DNA of 64,000 nt from Alphaproteobacteria bacterium (GTDB taxonomy: Bacteria; Pseudomonadota; Alphaproteobacteria; Sphingomonadales; Emcibacteraceae). A model generated the notes under the pieces. The model had not been told where the DNA came from. It did no database searches and saw only the letters and a list, made by a program, of their open reading frames with translations. A program made the translations under genes and the position numbers. The stretch is from assembly GCA_030428615.1 (NCBI GenBank), contig JAUIDN010000018.1, forward strand, positions 2,279 through 66,278, in the 5' to 3' direction. Position 1 is the first letter of the stretch; every line of letters starts with the position of its first letter. Shown piece by piece: positions 8,032-16,140 of this stretch.

Positions 8032-8736
8032 ATGTCCGAATTCGATTATGTCACTGATGAACGTAATATAAGTCGCCTAATAAATAGTGCATATCCTACA
8101 GTCAGTGTATTTGAAACGTTGGCCGATACACCCGAAGAAATACGGGATCTCTTTGCGTTGGAAATGAGTACAAATCCAAGACTAAATGCTCCCCTCGGTA
8201 GGCTTGCCCTAATTCCCGATGAAGGTATAGTCACTGGTGATTCAGCAACATATGTTATGGCAGCATTTGTCCATTCCAATGAAGATGGCGGCCGCTTTAA
8301 TGATGGACGACTTGGCGCATGGTATGCTGCTTTTGAAGTCGAAACAACTATAAGTGAAACTGTGTATCACCTGAGCAAGCGATTAGCTATGTCTGAAGGT
8401 GGCTTTCCTCAAAGAATACAAATGAGGGAATTAATCACTTCCATTGGCGTTCCCTTATTAAATCTTTGTGGCTGTCGAGAAACTCATCCAGAGTTATACG
8501 ATTTGGACGACTATTCTAAATCCCAAGACTTTGCTAATTCAATTAGATGGCCGTTCGCCAAGGATGGTAATGCGGGAATCCTATTTGATAGTGTTAGACG
8601 AGAAGGATACAAAAATGTATGTATTTTCAATCCAACTGCACTTAATCGCCCTGTGAATCAAGGGGATCACTATCAATATGATTGGGATAGTGAAGGTAAG
8701 GTAACTGTTTCAAAAATTATTAACATTGTTGTATAA
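8032..8736 (+). CDS. RES-domain toxin (NAD+-targeting MbcT/ParT family)
   Basis: GGRFNDG (Arg), WYAAFEVETTISE (Glu) and LFDSVRREG (Ser) motifs in RES order. Starts 1 nt after the antitoxin stop, which is the classic Xre-RES operon layout. Confidence 0.85.
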   Translation: MSEFDYVTDERNISRLINSAYPTVSVFETLADTPEEIRDLFALEMSTNPRLNAPLGRLALIPDEGIVTGDSATYVMAAFVHSNEDGGRFNDGRLGAWYAAFEVETTISETVYHLSKRLAMSEGGFPQRIQMRELITSIGVPLLNLCGCRETHPELYDLDDYSKSQDFANSIRWPFAKDGNAGILFDSVRREGYKNVCIFNPTALNRPVNQGDHYQYDWDSEGKVTVSKIINIVV

Positions 8737-8841
8737 GATTTTAGCGAACCTGACTATGATCAGAGCAAGCTTTATTCTCTAATAAAATATCAAATTTGAA
8801 AATAATCCTTAATATGAAGAATCTAGCTTCGGTACAAATTC

Positions 8842-8919
8842 AAAAACAGCGGACACTTTGATTTGCTCCAGAGACTCTGGGTTATTTTGCCATATACTAT
8901 TGATAATAACCGTCTCTGT
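8842..8919. repeat. Copy B of the ~80-nt conserved element
   Basis: Same motif blocks and spacing as 7186-7265. Lies 93 nt from the 3' end of tRNA-Val, while copy A lies 92 nt from the tRNA-like fragment. Confidence 0.75.
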
Positions 8920-9012
8920 ACCCGAATTTACACAGATAAACTATACGTAAGTCTTTGAAATATAAACATTACTTCTTTAGCGTGTATAATATTATATTTC
9001 TTCAATTATAGA

Positions 9013-9087
9013 TGGTGGGCGGTACAAGGGTCGAACTTGTGACCTCCTCGATGTCAACGAGGCGCTCTACCACTGAGCTAACCGCCC
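9013..9087 (-). tRNA. tRNA-Val (anticodon GAC)
   Basis: The reverse complement folds as a cloverleaf: GGGCGGT/ACCGCCC acceptor, GCTC/GAGC D-stem, CCTCG-TTGACAT-CGAGG anticodon arm and ACAAG-TTCGACC-CTTGT T-arm. CCA is encoded. Confidence 0.95.
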
Positions 9088-9220
9088 GCACAGTGTGAAT
9101 TGGGATTTATACCCAATTTATTAAAAGAAGCAAGTCCAAACATTTACCAAACACTATATTTTATTCATGGAACATTAAGGCATCTTTTGATAATCTTATC
9201 CAAGTCAAAGGATCAATGTT

Positions 9221-9820
9221 ATGAATATGATTTTTAAAATATGTATCTTCCTCTTGGGGTCATTCATTCTCGCGGCCTGTTCACGAAGCGTGGAAAGTAA
9301 TGTAACCCGCTTTCATCAATTACCAACACCGAGCGGAGAAACCATCGAAGTTATCGCCATGGACCCGACACTGCAGCAGTCGATCGAATTTGGAACCTAT
9401 GCCCAGTTGATTGGTAAGAAACTAGGCGATGTGGGATATGCCCCACCACAGGGAAACAGATCCAAGTTGATCGCTGAAATTGGCTATAGTCTCATCCCGT
9501 TGCAGGACGCCATTATCGAAAACAGGTCACCGGTTTCCGTTGGTGTTGGCATTGGCAGCGGTAGTCGTCGCGGCACATCCGTAGGAGTTGGTGTCTCAAC
9601 AGGTTTTGGCTCATCAAGTAGTTCAGCACAATATATCGGCCATCTCAGCATGAATATTGTTGACCTGACCACGGGCACCCGACTATATGAAGGCCATGCG
9701 GAAAGCATAAGCCGGGATCAGAATTTAGCACAGATAATGCCGTTTCTAATTGACGCCTTATTTAAAGATTTTCCCGGCGAAAGCGGCACGTCAAACAAGG
9801 TAAAAGTGACTCCGAATTAA
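9221..9820 (+). CDS. Putative lipoprotein with a Gly/Ser-rich segment
   Basis: Signal peptide with lipobox (FILAAC). Internal VGVGIGSGS...GFGSSSSS low-complexity stretch. Family not recognised with confidence. Confidence 0.6.
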   Translation: MNMIFKICIFLLGSFILAACSRSVESNVTRFHQLPTPSGETIEVIAMDPTLQQSIEFGTYAQLIGKKLGDVGYAPPQGNRSKLIAEIGYSLIPLQDAIIENRSPVSVGVGIGSGSRRGTSVGVGVSTGFGSSSSSAQYIGHLSMNIVDLTTGTRLYEGHAESISRDQNLAQIMPFLIDALFKDFPGESGTSNKVKVTPN

Positions 9821-9844
9821 AGTATAAAACCAACTGGATTTTCC

Positions 9845-10480
9845 ATGATTTCATCGAAAAAGTCACCCCAAACATGTGACCGGTTACCCGCGAGCAACCC
9901 GTCGGAATCAACGCTTGATCTGCTTATGCTGCGCAGGTCCCTTACGGTTAAGGACATGGCTCATCCCGGCCCGAGCGCGGCACAGCTTGAGCAGATCCTT
10001 ACGATTGGCTCACGCGTACCTGACCACAAAAAACAGGTGCCGTGGCGCTTTCTCACTTTCGAAGGGAAGAGCCGTGCTGACATCGGTAAAATATTAAGGG
10101 CCACGTTTGAGGAAAAAAATCCCGATGCAGACAATACTATATTGGAATTTGAACAAAACCGCTTTATGCGGGCACCATTGATTATTGCTGTTATTTCAAC
10201 CGCCACACCGGAAAATCCAAAGGTTCCCGAATGGGAGCAGATACTGACCGCAGGGGCCGTTTGCCAGAATATTCTGATTGCCGCCAATGCAATGGGGTTT
10301 GCTGGCCAGTGGCTGTCAGAATGGTATTGCTATGATGATGACGTGCTAAAGGCGATGAACGTGGCACCCGTCGAACGTGTCGCAGGATTTATTTATATTG
10401 GCACCGCGACAAAAGAACCCGCCGAACGCGGAAGACCCGATCTCACTGAAATTACGCAGTCGTGGTCAATAAACGCTTAA
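9845..10480 (+). CDS. Nitroreductase family protein
   Basis: 211 aa. PDHKKQVPWRF and AAGAVCQNILIAANAMGF motifs typical of NAD(P)H nitroreductases. Confidence 0.75.
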   Translation: MISSKKSPQTCDRLPASNPSESTLDLLMLRRSLTVKDMAHPGPSAAQLEQILTIGSRVPDHKKQVPWRFLTFEGKSRADIGKILRATFEEKNPDADNTILEFEQNRFMRAPLIIAVISTATPENPKVPEWEQILTAGAVCQNILIAANAMGFAGQWLSEWYCYDDDVLKAMNVAPVERVAGFIYIGTATKEPAERGRPDLTEITQSWSINA

Positions 10481-10935
10481 AAAAAGTCGTGAGAGACAAT
10501 TATTTTATTCACATTTTCACCGTCGTCAGATAACGGCAAGACAACGAAGGATGTGCTGACGTAGTTTTTGTTTATATTTCCAAGATTTTTGATCGCGTAA
10601 TACGGTTTCCTGTTCTTTACGCACCATAATAAACGTTTGACCGCCTTCTGGTGAGGTTTAAGATCATTCATCTTCTCACCCGTATGTTCTCCGTATAAAT
10701 TCACACATGCCGTACCAATGAGGCGGAAAATAAATGCTTCATCGCTCTTATCAAAATCAATCAACATTATGCTGGGTAAGTAATCTTTAAGTTCAAAAAT
10801 ATCAATATCGGAACGGGAAGGCATGAGCCGACCTTCTTTTAATTCTGTCCAATATTTATACAGAGTGAGCTGATGCGGCGCCGTGAAGTCATCATCATTA
10901 AATTTCAAGAATAATTTTATATCTTCATCATCCAT
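10477..10935 (-). CDS. PAS_5 (DUF1457)-type PAS domain protein
   Basis: L..YW...K.GR.MPSRSDID..ELKDYLP..MLID pattern is typical of the small alphaproteobacterial PAS_5 family. Confidence 0.6.
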   Translation of the reverse strand: MDDEDIKLFLKFNDDDFTAPHQLTLYKYWTELKEGRLMPSRSDIDIFELKDYLPSIMLIDFDKSDEAFIFRLIGTACVNLYGEHTGEKMNDLKPHQKAVKRLLWCVKNRKPYYAIKNLGNINKNYVSTSFVVLPLSDDGENVNKIIVSHDFF

Positions 10936-10979
10936 AGCTTAGTTATAGCCGCCTTCAAATCATAAATATATAGCCAAAC

Positions 10980-12569
10980 TTAAACCAATTGTTCTTTTGT
11001 TTTAAGAAATCTCAAATCGGGGTTTTCTTCTATCGCTTTATCAAGGCGCCATGAATTACGGGCAAGAAAAACCGGGGATCCGTTATGGTCTTCCGCCATA
11101 TTGGCTTTATTACTATCAATGAATTTCTTTACTTTGAACGGATCGTCCCCTTCTACCCAGCGTGCCGTATAGAGGGACGTGTTTTCAAACCTGCAGGGTA
11201 CATCATACTCCGTCCGGATGCGGTCCGCCATGACTTCAAACTGAAGCATACCGACAACACCGACGTACCACTCTGCGCCGATGACCGGCTTAAAAACGCG
11301 CGCGGCGCCCTCTTCGGCCAGTTGGTATAATGCCCGTGACAAATGCTTTGCTTTCATGGGATCTTCCGCACGCACCGTTTGAATATGCTCCGGCGCGAAG
11401 CTTGGAATACCGGTGAATTTCAGGTCTTCGCCTTCTGTCAGGCTATCCCCGATACGAAGGTTCCCATGGTTCGGAATACCTATAATGTCACCGGGCCATG
11501 CTTCTTCGGCGAGTTCACGGTCCTGCGCCAGAAAAAGAACGGGGTTATGAAGATTAACTGTCTTGCCGTCGCGGACATGTTTTAATTTCATCCCTCTTTT
11601 GAACTTTCCCGACACAAGACGAAAAAATGCGATACGGTCGCGGTGTTTGGGATCCATATTCGCCTGAATTTTAAATACAAATCCGCTTACCTTCGTTTCA
11701 TGCGCGTCAACGTCCCTTAGGGTTGTCGCATAGCGACCCGGAACAGGCGCATATTCAGTCAATCCGTTTAAGAGTTCCTTTACACCAAAAGTATTAATGG
11801 CGGATCCAAAATATACCGGTGTCAACGTGCCTTCAAGATAGGCCTGCTGATCAAACGCCGGGCACAATTCCCTCACCATTTCAACTTCTTCCCGTAACTG
11901 TTCCACCAGATTATCGGGTAAAAGTTCATCAAGTTTCGGGTCATCAATCCCCTGACATACAACACCGGCGTCGGGAATATCCCCCTTACTTCGTTCAATC
12001 AGGATCAGTCTATCATTGATAAGATCATAACAACCTTTAAAATCCCGCCCCATGCCGATCGGCCAGGTGGCTGGCGCCACATCAAGAGCAAGTTTATCCG
12101 CAAGGTCATCCAGAAGATCAAAGGGGTTCAGCGCTTCACGGTCCATTTTATTAAAAAATGAAATCACTGGCATATCGCGAAGGCGGCATACCTCGAACAG
12201 CTTTTTTGTTTGTCCTTCTACCCCTTTCGCAGAATCCAGAACCATAACCGCACTATCAACCGCAGTAAGAACCCGGTATGTATCTTCGGAGAAATCTTCG
12301 TGCCCCGGCGTATCGAGCAGATTAAACATCCGCTTCTCATATTCGAATGACATTACGGAAGACGCTACGGAAATACCCCGCTCCTGCTCCACTTTCATCC
12401 AATCGGAGCGCGCTCGGCGACGGTCACCGCGCGCCTTAACCTCACCCGCCAATTGTATGGCACCACCGAAAAGCAGCAACTTTTCAGTCAGGGTCGTTTT
12501 ACCGGCATCCGGATGGGCGATGATCGCAAATGTTTTTCGACGGTCTACTTCTTTATCAAGTAAAGACAT
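10980..12569 (-). CDS. prfC: Peptide chain release factor 3
   Basis: RRKTFAIIAHPDAGKTT G1 motif, DTPGHEDF and NKMDR GTPase motifs, with length and C-terminus typical of RF3. ATG at 12569 is preferred over the TTG at 12581. Confidence 0.93.
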   Translation of the reverse strand: MSLLDKEVDRRKTFAIIAHPDAGKTTLTEKLLLFGGAIQLAGEVKARGDRRRARSDWMKVEQERGISVASSVMSFEYEKRMFNLLDTPGHEDFSEDTYRVLTAVDSAVMVLDSAKGVEGQTKKLFEVCRLRDMPVISFFNKMDREALNPFDLLDDLADKLALDVAPATWPIGMGRDFKGCYDLINDRLILIERSKGDIPDAGVVCQGIDDPKLDELLPDNLVEQLREEVEMVRELCPAFDQQAYLEGTLTPVYFGSAINTFGVKELLNGLTEYAPVPGRYATTLRDVDAHETKVSGFVFKIQANMDPKHRDRIAFFRLVSGKFKRGMKLKHVRDGKTVNLHNPVLFLAQDRELAEEAWPGDIIGIPNHGNLRIGDSLTEGEDLKFTGIPSFAPEHIQTVRAEDPMKAKHLSRALYQLAEEGAARVFKPVIGAEWYVGVVGMLQFEVMADRIRTEYDVPCRFENTSLYTARWVEGDDPFKVKKFIDSNKANMAEDHNGSPVFLARNSWRLDKAIEENPDLRFLKTKEQLV

Positions 12570-12650
12570 TTGAATTCTCAAAAATAAAAGCTCTTAAACT
12601 CGCCGGAATTTAAGAGCTTCACGCATTTATGTACAGCTTTATTTTCTCGA

Positions 12651-13064
12651 TTAATCCATATCGAACTCGGAAAGGGCCCTCGCCGCGTCTTCACGACCAT
12701 TTTTCAGCGCTTCCTTGAGCCATATTTTCGCCCGGTGAAGGTTTTTATCAACCCCTTCGCCGTAAGCATAAAGAAGACCTGTCACAAGCTGCGCATCACG
12801 AAACCCAAGATTAGCAAGCGGCGTACAAATGTCATATGCTATTTCAAAATCTGAACGCGAAAAAGCCTCAAGACAGCGTTCCTGCTTACTTTCATAATAA
12901 GCCAAATCAAAGAGGACGGGTTCGTCGGCAGTTGGAATTTGCTGGTGGGTTGAAGCAATGCTTTGCGAAATCATAAAAGTGATAAAAACTAAAGACAATG
13001 AACAAAACTGAACAATCGATTTCAACATCTGGCGGTTCCCTATAATTGAGAAATGCTTACGCAT
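12651..13064 (-). CDS. Secreted Sel1/TPR-like repeat protein
   Basis: N-terminal hydrophobic signal. AQLVTGLLYAYGEGVDKNLHRAKIWLKEA matches the Sel1 repeat pattern. Confidence 0.55.
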   Translation of the reverse strand: MRKHFSIIGNRQMLKSIVQFCSLSLVFITFMISQSIASTHQQIPTADEPVLFDLAYYESKQERCLEAFSRSDFEIAYDICTPLANLGFRDAQLVTGLLYAYGEGVDKNLHRAKIWLKEALKNGREDAARALSEFDMD

Positions 13065-13299
13065 TAACTATTTATTAACTAATTGTACATTAATTAGCAA
13101 AAGCCATGCCAGAAATATTTTATTGTTATTTTACAACATGTTAAATTGATTTAATTCAACAAAATTCGAAACAAAGAGAAGCGCCTGTAAATATATTTTA
13201 CAGTATTTTGGACAATGTATCATAATAGGAAAAGTTAAAAACTTGATGAATGCACCCTGTATGCGCTAAAATATTGCATATTAGCGGAAGGGGAAAAAA

Positions 13300-13419
13300 A
13301 TGAGTAAATTTCACCGGAATAAAAAAAAGAATACGTTTAATGCGAAAGACAAGCGCACCGTCATTATTCTGGTCGTATCGGTTGTTTTATTAATCGTTAT
13401 ATTGTCTACGGTTTCATAA
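13300..13419 (+). CDS. Possible 39-aa single-pass membrane peptide (not in the ORF track)
   Basis: MSKFHRNKKKNTFNAKDKRTVIILVVSVVLLIVILSTVS has a basic N-terminus followed by an 18-residue hydrophobic helix. GGAAGGGG lies 7-14 nt upstream of the ATG, and a hairpin terminator follows immediately. Confidence 0.35.
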   Translation: MSKFHRNKKKNTFNAKDKRTVIILVVSVVLLIVILSTVS

Positions 13420-13420
13420 A

Positions 13421-13452
13421 ATAAGGGAGCATAGAAATATGCTCCCTTATTC
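13421..13452. terminator. Intrinsic terminator hairpin (serves ppdK; possibly bidirectional)
   Basis: AAGGGAGCA (13423-13431) pairs with TGCTCCCTT (13440-13448) across an 8-nt loop. A T-rich run follows on the minus strand. Confidence 0.7.
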
Positions 13453-13469
13453 TTAGCTACAAGATATTA

Positions 13470-16133
13470 TTAGCTATTTTTTAGCGCTGCCTGTGCCGCT
13501 GCAAGGCGGGCGATCGGAACCCTGTAAGGAGAACAGGATACATAATCAAGTCCGATATTATGACAAAACTCTACGGATGCCGGGTCCCCACCATGCTCAC
13601 CGCAGATACCAACCTTCAGATTATTTTTGGTTGAACGTCCCCGTTCAACGCCAATTTTAACCAATTCACCAACACCGTTCTGATCCAGGCTGACAAACGG
13701 ATCCTGTTCATAAATATCCGCTTTTAAATAATCTTCTAAAAAGCGTGCACTATCATCGCGGCTGATACCGTATGTGGTTTGTGTTAAATCATTTGTACCG
13801 AAACTGAAAAAGTCCGCATCGTTGGCAATTTCGCCCGCCTGTAAAGCCGCGCGCGGCAGCTCAATCATCGTACCGACCATATAGTCAAGTTTTTCGCCAG
13901 AAGCTGCTATAACGTCATCGGCGATATTGCAAATCAGTTTCTTTAATATCTCAAGCTCTTTTCGTGACCCTACCAATGGTACCATAATTTCCGGAATAAC
14001 CGCTTCACCAAGGTTTTTTGAAACTTCAAGAGCCGCTTCAGTAATAGCACGTGCCTGCATTTCGTATATCTCGGGGAAGGAAATACCCAAACGGCATCCA
14101 CGGTGGCCAAGCATCGGGTTAAATTCGTGTAACTCTTCCGCGCGGCGACGCAGAAAGGCCACGTCAACACCCATCGCTTTAGCAACATCCTGAAAATCAT
14201 CCTCATGTTGCGGAAGAAATTCATGAAGTGGCGGATCAAGAAGACGTACGGTTACTGGCAGCCCCTTCATAATCGTAAACAGGTCAATAAAATCCTGCTT
14301 TTGAACCGGAAGAAGTTTTTCAAGCGCTGCACGGCGCCCCGTTTCGCTATCAGACATGATCATTTGACGCACGTTAATGATACGGTCAGCGTCAAAAAAC
14401 ATATGTTCGGTCCGGCAAAGGCCGATACCTTCCGCCCCAAACTCCCGCGCTGCCGATGCATCAAGTGGCGTTTCAGCATTGGTACGGACATTAAGGGTGC
14501 GTTTCTCATCAGCCCACCCCATAAGCTCACCGAAGTGCCCTCCGAGTTCAGGTTTGATTGTCGCTACTTCACCTGCCATAACTTCGCCATTACTGCCATC
14601 AATAGTAATGATATCGTGGTTCCCTATGACACGGCCACCCACCGAAATTGTTTTATTAGTCAAATCAATATGAAGCGAACCGGCACCGGAGACGCAAGGT
14701 CGACCCATCCCACGTGCCACAACCGCTGCATGTGATGTCATACCACCGCGGCTGGTAAGTATCCCTTTAGCCGCATGCATACCATGGATATCTTCCGGGC
14801 TTGTTTCTATTCTCACCAGAACGACATCCTTCCCCTCTTTCGCAAGTTCTTCCGCTTCATCTGCGGTAAAACAGACCATACCGCTCGCCGCGCCGGGAGA
14901 AGCAGGCAATCCTTTTGTCAGAACATCTCTTTCTGCCGCAGGGTCCAGTGTCGGATGAAGTAATTGATCAAGAGCGCCAGGTTCAACCCGAAGAAGCGCC
15001 TCATCAACGCTGATAATGCCGTCGTGAACCATTTCAACCGCTATTTTAAGAGCTGCCGGTGCAGTTCTTTTGCCGCTTCGAGTCTGCAATATCCATAGTT
15101 TTCCCTGCTGCACGGTAAATTCGATATCCTGCATATCACGGTAATGAGATTCCAGTTTTTGAAACACACTTGCAAGATCATTATAAACATCCGGCATGCT
15201 TTCTTCCATAGACGGCATGTCGGAACCCGCCGCTATTCTTGATACTTTCGTGAGGTTTTGAGGTGTGCGGATACCAGCCACAACATCTTCGCCCTGCGCA
15301 TTAATCAGATATTCACCGTAATACGCGTTTTCACCGGTTGACGGGTCACGTGTGAACGCAACACCGGTAGCGCAATCATCACCCATATTCCCAAATACCA
15401 TTGATTGCACATTAACGGCGGTACCCCATGTATGGGGAATATTATGAAGTCTGCGGTAAACCATCGCCCGCTCAATCATCCAGGAGCCGAATACTGCATC
15501 AATTGCGCCCCAGAGCTGCTCATTTACATCCTGCGGGAAAGGGTGGCCCAATTCTTCTTCGGCTTTTTCCTTGAAGGCCTGAGAAAGTTTTTTCCAGTCT
15601 TCTGCTTCAAGTTCAGTGTCGAGCACAAAACCATTTTCTTCCTTGTGAATTTCAAGAAGTTCTTCAAACAGATAATGATCAACGCCAAGCACAACATCCG
15701 AATACATCTGTATAAAACGTCGGTAGCTGTCGTATGCAAAACGTTCGTCACCGGATTTTCTGGCGAGCGCTTCAACAGTAACATCATTGAGGCCAAGGTT
15801 TAAAACCGTATCCATCATACCCGGCATAGACACACGCGCGCCGGAGCGAACAGAAACGAGCAACGGATTTTCTTCATCACCAAATTTCGCGCCGACGGTT
15901 TTTTCAATCGCCGCGATGGATGCTTCTACCTGCTGCGTGAGCCCTTCCGGATAATTTTTATTATTTTCATAAAAAGCGGTACAGACCTCGGTTGTGATCG
16001 TGAAGCCCGGTGGAACAGGAAGGCCCAAGTTTGACATTTCTGCCAGATTTGCCCCCTTTCCCCCAAGAAGATCTTTCATGGAAGCTTCGCCCTCAGCCGA
16101 TCCATCACCGAAATTATATACCCATTTTGCCAT
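13470..16133 (-). CDS. ppdK: Pyruvate, phosphate dikinase
   Basis: ~887 aa. N-terminal KWVY.F....EG, catalytic GGMTSHAAVVARG phospho-His motif and C-terminal PEP-utilising TIM-barrel motifs (GICGE). ATG at 16133 is preferred over the TTG at 16139. Confidence 0.95.
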   Translation of the reverse strand: MAKWVYNFGDGSAEGEASMKDLLGGKGANLAEMSNLGLPVPPGFTITTEVCTAFYENNKNYPEGLTQQVEASIAAIEKTVGAKFGDEENPLLVSVRSGARVSMPGMMDTVLNLGLNDVTVEALARKSGDERFAYDSYRRFIQMYSDVVLGVDHYLFEELLEIHKEENGFVLDTELEAEDWKKLSQAFKEKAEEELGHPFPQDVNEQLWGAIDAVFGSWMIERAMVYRRLHNIPHTWGTAVNVQSMVFGNMGDDCATGVAFTRDPSTGENAYYGEYLINAQGEDVVAGIRTPQNLTKVSRIAAGSDMPSMEESMPDVYNDLASVFQKLESHYRDMQDIEFTVQQGKLWILQTRSGKRTAPAALKIAVEMVHDGIISVDEALLRVEPGALDQLLHPTLDPAAERDVLTKGLPASPGAASGMVCFTADEAEELAKEGKDVVLVRIETSPEDIHGMHAAKGILTSRGGMTSHAAVVARGMGRPCVSGAGSLHIDLTNKTISVGGRVIGNHDIITIDGSNGEVMAGEVATIKPELGGHFGELMGWADEKRTLNVRTNAETPLDASAAREFGAEGIGLCRTEHMFFDADRIINVRQMIMSDSETGRRAALEKLLPVQKQDFIDLFTIMKGLPVTVRLLDPPLHEFLPQHEDDFQDVAKAMGVDVAFLRRRAEELHEFNPMLGHRGCRLGISFPEIYEMQARAITEAALEVSKNLGEAVIPEIMVPLVGSRKELEILKKLICNIADDVIAASGEKLDYMVGTMIELPRAALQAGEIANDADFFSFGTNDLTQTTYGISRDDSARFLEDYLKADIYEQDPFVSLDQNGVGELVKIGVERGRSTKNNLKVGICGEHGGDPASVEFCHNIGLDYVSCSPYRVPIARLAAAQAALKNS

Positions 16134-16140
16134 TTTCAAC

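Larger units (their letters stand above)
1..9012. mobile_element. Genomic island or prophage remnant(s) abutting tRNA-Val; left end lies outside the window
   Basis: Carries phage methylase, terminase, a serine recombinase, a TA pair and a defence-like ATPase. Ends at the 3' end of tRNA-Val (9013). A decayed tRNA 3' copy sits at 7358-7392. The cargo part (about 4300-9000) looks much AT-richer by eye than the flanking core genes. Confidence 0.6.

Noticed and set aside
10477-10480. Convergent nitroreductase and PAS genes share overlapping stop codons (TTAA)
   Set aside because: It is real but is only a trivial consequence of tight packing. No structure or regulatory signal is evident.
12052-12573. 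173-aa plus-strand ORF inside prfC, plus the smaller ones at 11085-12019
   Set aside because: It is fully embedded antisense to a highly conserved GTPase gene. The composition is Ser/Arg-rich and low-complexity, and no motifs are recognisable.
13185-13203. Palindrome CTGTAAATATATTTTACAG as a LexA/SOS box
   Set aside because: The CTG-N13-CAG spacing does not fit the gammaproteobacterial CTG-N10-CAG box, and it is not the alphaproteobacterial GTTC-N7-GTTC direct-repeat box.
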